From: Escherichia coli
GTDB lineage: Bacteria > Pseudomonadota > Gammaproteobacteria > Enterobacterales > Enterobacteriaceae
Reading direction: 5' to 3' (one strand)
Length of the DNA stretch: 64,000 bases
Assembly: GCF_003790525.1 (NCBI RefSeq)
Contig: NZ_CP033635.1
The notes beneath the pieces are model-generated. The model did not search any database, had not been told where the DNA came from, and saw only the letters and a list, made by a program, of their open reading frames with translations. Each line of letters starts with the position of its first letter. Position 1 is the stretch's first letter. Positions 56,065-64,000 of this stretch are shown piece after piece. Position numbers and translations under genes: made by a program.

Positions 56065-58647
56065 ATGCAAGAGCAATACCGCCCGGAAGAGATAGAATCC
56101 AAAGTACAGCTTCATTGGGATGAGAAGCGCACATTTGAAGTAACCGAAGACGAGAGCAAAGAGAAGTATTACTGCCTGTCTATGCTTCCCTATCCTTCTG
56201 GTCGACTACACATGGGCCACGTACGTAACTACACCATCGGTGACGTGATCGCCCGCTACCAGCGTATGCTGGGCAAAAACGTCCTGCAGCCGATCGGCTG
56301 GGACGCGTTTGGTCTGCCTGCGGAAGGCGCGGCGGTGAAAAACAACACCGCTCCGGCACCGTGGACGTACGACAACATCGCATACATGAAAAACCAGCTC
56401 AAAATGCTGGGCTTTGGTTATGACTGGAGCCGCGAGCTGGCAACCTGTACGCCGGAATACTACCGTTGGGAACAGAAATTCTTCACCGAGCTGTATAAAA
56501 AAGGCCTGGTATATAAAAAGACTTCTGCGGTCAACTGGTGCCCGAACGACCAGACCGTACTGGCGAACGAACAAGTTATCGACGGCTGCTGCTGGCGCTG
56601 CGATACCAAAGTTGAACGTAAAGAGATCCCGCAGTGGTTTATCAAAATCACCGCTTACGCTGACGAGCTGCTTAACGATCTGGATAAACTGGATCACTGG
56701 CCAGACACCGTTAAAACCATGCAGCGTAACTGGATCGGTCGTTCCGAAGGCGTGGAAATCACCTTCAACGTTAACGACTATGACAACACGCTGACCGTTT
56801 ACACTACCCGTCCGGACACCTTTATGGGTTGTAGCTACCTGGCGGTAGCGGCGGGTCATCCGCTGGCGCAGAAAGCGGCGGAAAATAATCCTGAACTGGC
56901 GGCCTTTATTGACGAATGCCGTAACACCAAAGTTGCCGAAGCTGAAATGGCAACGATGGAGAAAAAAGGCGTCGATACTGGCTTTAAAGCGGTTCACCCA
57001 TTAACGGGCGAAGAAATTCCCGTTTGGGCAGCAAACTTCGTATTGATGGAGTACGGCACGGGCGCAGTTATGGCGGTTCCGGGTCACGACCAGCGCGACT
57101 ACGAGTTTGCCTCTAAATACGGCCTGAACATCAAACCGGTTATCCTGGCAGCTGACGGCTCTGAGCCAGATCTTTCTCAGCAAGCCCTGACTGAAAAAGG
57201 CGTTCTGTTCAACTCTGGCGAGTTCAACGGTCTTGACCATGAAGCGGCCTTCAACGCCATCGCCGATAAACTGACTGCGATGGGCGTTGGCGAGCGTAAA
57301 GTGAACTACCGCCTGCGCGACTGGGGTGTTTCCCGTCAACGTTACTGGGGCGCGCCAATTCCGATGGTAACGCTGGAAGACGGCACTGTGATGCCGACCC
57401 CGGACGACCAGCTGCCGGTGATCCTGCCGGAAGATGTGGTGATGGACGGTATTACCAGCCCGATTAAAGCAGATCCGGAGTGGGCAAAAACTACCGTTAA
57501 CGGTATGCCAGCGCTGCGTGAAACCGACACTTTCGACACCTTTATGGAGTCCTCCTGGTACTATGCGCGCTACACTTGCCCGGAGTACAAAGAAGGTATG
57601 CTGGATTCCAAAGCGGCTAACTACTGGCTGCCGGTGGATATCTACATTGGTGGTATCGAACACGCCATTATGCACCTGCTCTACTTCCGCTTCTTCCACA
57701 AACTGATGCGTGATGCAGGCATGGTGAACTCTGACGAACCAGCGAAACAGTTGCTGTGTCAGGGTATGGTGCTGGCAGATGCCTTCTACTATGTTGGCGA
57801 AAACGGCGAACGTAACTGGGTTTCCCCGGTTGATGCTATCGTTGAACGTGACGAGAAAGGCCGTATCGTGAAAGCGAAAGACGCGGCAGGTCATGAACTG
57901 GTTTATACCGGCATGAGCAAAATGTCCAAGTCGAAGAACAACGGTATCGACCCGCAGGTGATGGTTGAACGTTACGGCGCGGACACCGTTCGTCTGTTTA
58001 TGATGTTTGCTTCTCCGGCGGATATGACTCTCGAATGGCAGGAATCCGGCGTGGAAGGGGCTAACCGCTTCCTGAAACGTGTCTGGAAACTGGTGTACGA
58101 GCACACAGCAAAAGGTGATGTTGCGGCACTGAACGTTGATGCGCTGACTGAAGATCAGAAAGCGCTGCGTCGCGATGTGCATAAAACTATCGCTAAAGTG
58201 ACCGATGATATCGGCCGTCGTCAGACCTTCAACACCGCTATTGCGGCGATTATGGAGCTGATGAACAAACTGGCGAAAGCACCGACCGATAGCGAGCAGG
58301 ATCGCGCCCTGATGCAGGAAGCGCTGCTGGCGGTAATCCGTATGCTTAACCCGTTCACCCCACACATCTGCTTCACGCTGTGGCAGGAACTGAAAGGCGA
58401 AGGCGATATCGACAACGCGCCGTGGCCGGTTGCTGACGAAAAAGCGATGGTGGAAGACTCCACGCTGGTCGTGGTGCAGGTTAACGGTAAAGTCCGTGCA
58501 AAAATCACCGTTCCGGTGGACGCAACGGAAGAACAGGTTCGCGAACGTGCTGGCCAGGAACATCTGGTAGCAAAATATCTTGATGGCGTTACTGTACGTA
58601 AAGTGATTTACGTACCAGGTAAACTCCTCAATCTGGTCGTTGGCTAA
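56065..58647 (+). CDS. leuS: Leucyl-tRNA synthetase
   Basis: 860 aa from [15 protein letters not shown]; HIGH (HMGH) and KMSKS motifs; ORF-track start 55924 is an extension. Confidence 0.95.
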   Translation: MQEQYRPEEIESKVQLHWDEKRTFEVTEDESKEKYYCLSMLPYPSGRLHMGHVRNYTIGDVIARYQRMLGKNVLQPIGWDAFGLPAEGAAVKNNTAPAPWTYDNIAYMKNQLKMLGFGYDWSRELATCTPEYYRWEQKFFTELYKKGLVYKKTSAVNWCPNDQTVLANEQVIDGCCWRCDTKVERKEIPQWFIKITAYADELLNDLDKLDHWPDTVKTMQRNWIGRSEGVEITFNVNDYDNTLTVYTTRPDTFMGCSYLAVAAGHPLAQKAAENNPELAAFIDECRNTKVAEAEMATMEKKGVDTGFKAVHPLTGEEIPVWAANFVLMEYGTGAVMAVPGHDQRDYEFASKYGLNIKPVILAADGSEPDLSQQALTEKGVLFNSGEFNGLDHEAAFNAIADKLTAMGVGERKVNYRLRDWGVSRQRYWGAPIPMVTLEDGTVMPTPDDQLPVILPEDVVMDGITSPIKADPEWAKTTVNGMPALRETDTFDTFMESSWYYARYTCPEYKEGMLDSKAANYWLPVDIYIGGIEHAIMHLLYFRFFHKLMRDAGMVNSDEPAKQLLCQGMVLADAFYYVGENGERNWVSPVDAIVERDEKGRIVKAKDAAGHELVYTGMSKMSKSKNNGIDPQVMVERYGADTVRLFMMFASPADMTLEWQESGVEGANRFLKRVWKLVYEHTAKGDVAALNVDALTEDQKALRRDVHKTIAKVTDDIGRRQTFNTAIAAIMELMNKLAKAPTDSEQDRALMQEALLAVIRMLNPFTPHICFTLWQELKGEGDIDNAPWPVADEKAMVEDSTLVVVQVNGKVRAKITVPVDATEEQVRERAGQEHLVAKYLDGVTVRKVIYVPGKLLNLVVG

Positions 58648-58661
58648 GCGCGGGAGGAAGC

Positions 58662-59243
58662 GTGCGATATCTGGCAACATTGTTGTTATCTCTGGCGGTG
58701 TTAATCACCGCCGGGTGTGGCTGGCATCTGCGTGATACCACGCAGGTTCCTTCCACTATGAAGGTCATGATCCTGGACTCAGGCGATCCGAACGGGCCAT
58801 TAAGCCGTGCGGTGCGTAATCAGTTACGTCTGAATGGTGTCGAGTTGCTTGATAAAGAAACCACGCGTAAGGACGTTCCATCCCTGCGTTTGGGTAAAGT
58901 GAGCATCGCGAAAGATACCGCATCGGTATTCCGTAACGGTCAAACAGCAGAGTATCAGATGATCATGACGGTGAATGCGACCGTGTTGATCCCCGGCCGT
59001 GATATCTACCCGATTAGCGCCAAAGTCTTCCGTTCGTTCTTCGATAACCCGCAAATGGCGTTAGCGAAAGATAACGAACAAGACATGATCGTAAAAGAGA
59101 TGTACGACCGTGCTGCCGAACAGCTGATTCGTAAGCTGCCAAGCATCCGTGCTGCGGATATTCGTTCCGACGAAGAACAGACGTCGACCACAACGGATAC
59201 TCCGGCAACGCCTGCACGCGTCTCCACCACGCTGGGTAACTGA
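58662..59243 (+). CDS. lptE: LPS-assembly lipoprotein LptE (RlpB)
   Basis: 193 aa; signal peptide with lipobox ITAGC. Confidence 0.9.
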
Positions 59244-60274
59244 TGATTCGGTTGTACCCGGAACAACTCCGCGCGCAGCTCAATGAAGGGCTGCGCGCGG
59301 CGTATCTTTTACTTGGTAACGATCCTCTGTTATTGCAGGAAAGCCAGGACGCTGTTCGTCAGGTCGCTGCGGCACAAGGATTCGAAGAACACCACACTTT
59401 TTCCATTGATCCCAACACTGACTGGAATGCGATCTTTTCGTTATGCCAGGCTATGAGTCTGTTTGCCAGTCGACAAACGCTATTGCTGTTGTTACCAGAA
59501 AACGGACCGAATGCGGCGATCAATGAACAACTTCTCACACTCACCGGACTTCTGCATGACGACCTGCTGTTGATCGTCCGCGGTAATAAATTAAGCAAAG
59601 CGCAAGAAAATGCCGCCTGGTTTACTGCTCTTGCGAATCGCAGCGTGCAGGTGACCTGTCAGACACCGGAGCAGGCTCAGCTTCCCCGCTGGGTTGCTGC
59701 GCGTGCAAAACAGCTCAACTTAGAACTGGATGACGCTGCAAATCAGGTGCTCTGCTACTGTTATGAAGGTAACCTGCTGGCGCTGGCCCAGGCACTGGAG
59801 CGTTTATCGCTGCTCTGGCCAGACGGCAAACTGACATTACCGCGCGTTGAACAGGCGGTGAATGATGCCGCGCATTTCACCCCTTTTCATTGGGTTGATG
59901 CTTTGTTGATGGGAAAAAGTAAGCGCGCGTTGCATATTCTTCAGCAACTGCGTCTGGAAGGCAGCGAACCGGTTATTTTGTTGCGCACATTACAACGTGA
60001 ACTGTTGTTACTGGTTAACCTGAAACGCCAGTCTGCCCATATGCCACTGCGTGCATTGTTTGATAAGCATCGGGTATGGCAGAACCGCCGGGGCATGATG
60101 GGCGAGGCGTTAAATCGCTTAAGCCAGCCGCAGTTACGTCAGGCCGTGCAACTCCTGACACGAACGGAACTCACCCTCAAACAAGATTACGGTCAGTCAG
60201 TGTGGGCAGAGCTGGAAGGGTTATCTCTTCTGTTGTGCCATAAACCCCTGGCGGACGTATTTATCGACGGTTGA
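59243..60274 (+). CDS. holA: DNA polymerase III delta subunit
   Basis: 343 aa [30 protein letters not shown]. Confidence 0.9.
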
Positions 60275-60275
60275 T

Positions 60276-60917
60276 ATGAAATCTTTACAGGCTCTGTTTG
60301 GCGGCACCTTTGATCCGGTGCACTATGGTCATCTTAAACCCGTGGAAACGCTGGCGAATTTGATTGGTCTGACGCGGGTCACAATCATCCCTAATAATGT
60401 TCCTCCGCATCGTCCCCAGCCGGAAGCGAACAGCGTGCAGCGTAAACACATGCTTGAACTGGCGATTGCCGACAAGCCATTATTTACTCTTGATGAACGC
60501 GAGCTAAAGCGCAATGCCCCCTCTTACACTGCGCAAACACTGAAAGAGTGGCGGCAGGAACAAGGACCGGACGTGCCGCTGGCGTTTATTATTGGTCAGG
60601 ATTCATTGCTGACCTTTCCGACCTGGTACGAATACGAAACGATACTCGACAATGCACATTTGATCGTCTGTCGGCGTCCAGGTTACCCACTTGAAATGGC
60701 GCAACCGCAATACCAGCAATGGCTGGAAGATCATTTGACACATAACCCGGAAGATCTTCACCTTCAGCCTGCCGGTAAAATTTATCTGGCTGAAACGCCG
60801 TGGTTTAACATCTCGGCGACCATCATCCGCGAACGTTTGCAAAACGGTGAATCGTGTGAGGATTTATTGCCGGAACCGGTACTGACTTACATTAACCAAC
60901 AAGGCTTGTATCGCTGA
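60276..60917 (+). CDS. nadD: Nicotinate-mononucleotide adenylyltransferase
   Basis: 213 aa; [11 protein letters not shown] nucleotidyltransferase motif. Confidence 0.95.
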
Positions 60918-60940
60918 TACCTGTCGTTACGGAGGGCATG

Positions 60941-61552
60941 ATGCGACTGTGGTTAATTCGTCATGGCGAAACGCAAGCGAATGTCGATGGTCTGTACAGC
61001 GGTCATGCGCCCACTCCCCTGACCGCACGCGGTATTGAGCAAGCGCAAAATCTGCATACGCTGCTACATGATGTTTCCTTTGACCTGGTTTTATGCAGTG
61101 AACTGGAACGGGCACAGCATACCGCGCGACGGGTTCTCAGTGATCGCCAGCTCCCCGTGCAAATCATCCCTGAACTCAACGAAATGTTTTTTGGCGACTG
61201 GGAGATGCGACATCATCGCGACCTCATGCAAGAAGATGCCGAAAACTATAGCGCGTGGTGCAATGACTGGCAGCATGCTATCCCCACGAACGGTGAAGGA
61301 TTTCAGGCATTTTCACAACGTGTGGAACGGTTTATCGCAAGGCTTAGTGAATTTCAGCACTATCAGAATATTTTAGTCGTCAGCCATCAGGGTGTACTGA
61401 GTCTGTTAATCGCTCGTTTAATTGGCATGCCTGCCGAGGCTATGTGGCATTTTCGCGTTGATCAAGGGTGTTGGAGCGCCATTGATATCAACCAAAAATT
61501 CGCGACGCTACGCGTCCTCAATAGCCGTGCCATCGGGGTCGAGAATGCATGA
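60941..61552 (+). CDS. cobC: Alpha-ribazole phosphatase / histidine-phosphatase family (CobC/PhpB)
   Basis: 203 aa from MRLWLIRHGETQAN (RHG catalytic motif). Confidence 0.85.
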   Translation: MRLWLIRHGETQANVDGLYSGHAPTPLTARGIEQAQNLHTLLHDVSFDLVLCSELERAQHTARRVLSDRQLPVQIIPELNEMFFGDWEMRHHRDLMQEDAENYSAWCNDWQHAIPTNGEGFQAFSQRVERFIARLSEFQHYQNILVVSHQGVLSLLIARLIGMPAEAMWHFRVDQGCWSAIDINQKFATLRVLNSRAIGVENA

Positions 61553-61793
61553 CTTTTCTGTTTTTTTACGGGTAAGCCGCAACGACCATTGACAGCCCCG
61601 GGCAGGCTGATATTCTCCGCAGCCAGACTTTTTCCGCCAGACACGACTTTGTAGAAATTGTTTTACAAAAATGGCGATGCAATCTGCGGCGCGGGGTGGG
61701 ATGATAGCCCACTTTCGAAAGCCGATTCGGCGACAATTGTCCCGAAATCGCCTCTGGTTCAGGTATACTGACAGACCATTTTTATCTATTTGA

Positions 61794-62129
<336 letters not shown>

Positions 62130-62132
62130 TGC

Positions 62133-62600
62133 GTGAAGCTGCAACTTGTCGCCGTGGGAACGAAAATGCCGGACTGGGTACAAACCGGTTTTACCGAGTA
62201 CCTGCGTCGTTTTCCGAAAGATATGCCCTTCGAGCTGATTGAAATTCCGGCCGGAAAACGCGGCAAGAATGCGGACATCAAGCGCATACTCGACAAAGAG
62301 GGTGAGCAGATGTTGGCGGCCGCAGGCAAAAACCGCATTGTCACCCTCGATATTCCAGGCAAGCCCTGGGATACGCCGCAGTTAGCCGCTGAGCTGGAAC
62401 GCTGGAAGCTGGATGGTCGCGACGTCAGTCTACTGATTGGCGGGCCTGAAGGGTTGTCGCCTGCCTGTAAAGCGGCGGCTGAGCAGAGCTGGTCGCTGTC
62501 GGCGCTTACCCTCCCCCATCCGCTGGTTCGCGTGCTGGTCGCAGAGAGTCTGTACCGGGCGTGGAGCATCACCACCAACCATCCTTATCACCGTGAGTGA
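62133..62600 (+). CDS. rlmH: 23S rRNA m3Psi1915 methyltransferase RlmH (YbeA), GTG start
   Basis: 155 aa SPOUT-family protein. Confidence 0.9.
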
Positions 62601-62630
62601 TAAGGGAGCCTTGAGTAGAAAACGCAGCGG

Positions 62631-64000
62631 ATGAAACTACAGAACTCTTTTCGCGACTATACGGCAGAGTCCGCGCTGTTTGTGCGCCGGGCGCTGGTCG
62701 CCTTTTTGGGGATTTTGCTGCTGACCGGCGTGCTTATCGCCAACCTGTATAATCTGCAAATTGTTCGCTTTACCGACTACCAGACCCGCTCTAATGAAAA
62801 CCGCATTAAGCTGGTGCCTATCGCACCCAGCCGCGGCATTATCTACGACCGTAACGGTATCCCTCTGGCTCTCAACCGCACTATCTACCAGATAGAAATG
62901 ATGCCGGAGAAAGTCGATAACGTGCAGCAAACGCTGGACGCTTTGCGCAGCGTGGTTGATCTGACCGATGATGATATTGCTGCATTCCGAAAAGAGCGCG
63001 CACGTTCACACCGTTTCACCTCCATTCCGGTGAAAACTAACCTGACCGAAGTACAAGTAGCTCGCTTTGCCGTCAACCAGTACCGTTTTCCGGGTGTTGA
63101 AGTTAAAGGCTATAAACGTCGTTACTATCCTTACGGTTCGGCGTTGACCCACGTCATCGGCTATGTGTCGAAAATCAACGATAAAGACGTCGAACGCCTG
63201 AATAATGACGGCAAACTGGCCAACTATGCGGCAACGCATGATATCGGTAAGCTGGGCATTGAGCGTTACTATGAAGACGTGCTGCACGGTCAGACTGGTT
63301 ATGAAGAGGTTGAAGTTAACAACCGTGGGCGTGTTATCCGCCAGTTAAAAGAAGTACCACCGCAAGCCGGACACGATATTTACCTGACGCTGGATCTCAA
63401 ACTCCAGCAATATATTGAAACGCTGCTGGCGGGTAGCCGCGCAGCTGTGGTAGTCACCGATCCGCGTACAGGTGGGGTGCTGGCGCTGGTTTCCACGCCT
63501 AGTTATGACCCAAACCTGTTTGTTGACGGTATCTCCAGCAAAGATTATTCCGCCTTGCTGAACGACCCGAATACACCGCTGGTGAACCGCGCCACACAAG
63601 GGGTTTATCCTCCCGCGTCTACAGTTAAACCCTATGTGGCGGTTTCGGCATTGAGCGCCGGAGTGATCACGCGCAATACGACGCTGTTTGACCCAGGCTG
63701 GTGGCAACTGCCAGGTTCGGAAAAACGTTATCGTGACTGGAAAAAATGGGGCCACGGGCGTCTGAATGTCACAAGATCGCTGGAAGAATCTGCGGATACC
63801 TTCTTCTATCAGGTGGCCTACGATATGGGAATCGATCGCCTCTCCGAATGGATGGGTAAATTCGGTTATGGTCATTACACCGGTATCGACCTGGCGGAAG
63901 AACGTTCCGGCAACATGCCTACCCGCGAATGGAAACAGAAACGCTTTAAAAAACCGTGGTATCAGGGTGACACCATTCCGGTTGGTATCGGTCAGGGTTA
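62631..64000 (+). CDS. mrdA: Penicillin-binding protein 2 (peptidoglycan transpeptidase), N-terminal part; 3' end outside window
   Basis: ATG 62631, MKLQNSFRDYTAESALFVRR; TM anchor; SXXK active-site motif STVKP; frame open to window end. Confidence 0.9.
   Translation, partial: MKLQNSFRDYTAESALFVRRALVAFLGILLLTGVLIANLYNLQIVRFTDYQTRSNENRIKLVPIAPSRGIIYDRNGIPLALNRTIYQIEMMPEKVDNVQQTLDALRSVVDLTDDDIAAFRKERARSHRFTSIPVKTNLTEVQVARFAVNQYRFPGVEVKGYKRRYYPYGSALTHVIGYVSKINDKDVERLNNDGKLANYAATHDIGKLGIERYYEDVLHGQTGYEEVEVNNRGRVIRQLKEVPPQAGHDIYLTLDLKLQQYIETLLAGSRAAVVVTDPRTGGVLALVSTPSYDPNLFVDGISSKDYSALLNDPNTPLVNRATQGVYPPASTVKPYVAVSALSAGVITRNTTLFDPGWWQLPGSEKRYRDWKKWGHGRLNVTRSLEESADTFFYQVAYDMGIDRLSEWMGKFGYGHYTGIDLAEERSGNMPTREWKQKRFKKPWYQGDTIPVGIGQG

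Noticed and set aside
56206-56997. 263-aa ORF on the minus strand
   Set aside because: Antisense to the 5' third of leuS; same reasoning.
57001-58680. 559-aa ORF on the minus strand
   Set aside because: Antisense to leuS over its whole length; translation is R/H/F-rich with no recognisable motifs; classic stop-free shadow frame.

Overview
This window is an Escherichia coli chromosomal segment (K-12-like backbone, about 14.5 to 16.5 min), read in reverse orientation relative to MG1655. Gene calls rest on my recognition of protein sequences and motifs in the supplied ORF translations plus direct reading of the DNA; no database search or computation was run. Order along the window: dtpD (3' part), phr-ybgA, ybfA, kdpFABCDE, speFL-speF-potE, ybfG, ybfP, pgm-seqA, ybfF, ybfE, fldA, uof-fur, chiQ-chiP, glnS, nagE, nagBACD, asnB, a seven-tRNA operon (metT-leuW-glnU-glnW-metU-glnV-glnX), ubiF, miaB-ybeZ-ybeY-corC-lnt, gltIJKL with SroC, rihA, hscC, djlC-ybeU, ybeT, djlB-ybeR, ybeQ, ybeL, leuS-lptE-holA-nadD-cobC, rsfS-rlmH-mrdA (5' part). 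I found no IS elements, prophage genes, integrases, CRISPR arrays or recognisable defence or toxin-antitoxin systems; the window is mostly core housekeeping DNA. The best candidate for an under-described system is the HscC-linked block (47.4 to 55.3 kb), where a three-gene module (DUF1266 protein translationally coupled to a tail-anchored J-like protein with HPE instead of HPD, facing a Sel1-repeat protein) occurs twice in tandem next to the Hsp70 HscC. Second is a roughly 143-bp direct repeat of the kdpE 3' end flanking the speFL-speF-potE cassette, which reads as the scar of a Campbell-type insertion. Also noted: no Rhs element at the ybgA/ybfA junction, the speFL arrest-peptide ORF and kdpF (both too short for the ORF track), and several regulatory motifs readable by eye. 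Many long ORFs in the track are antisense artefacts inside real genes.
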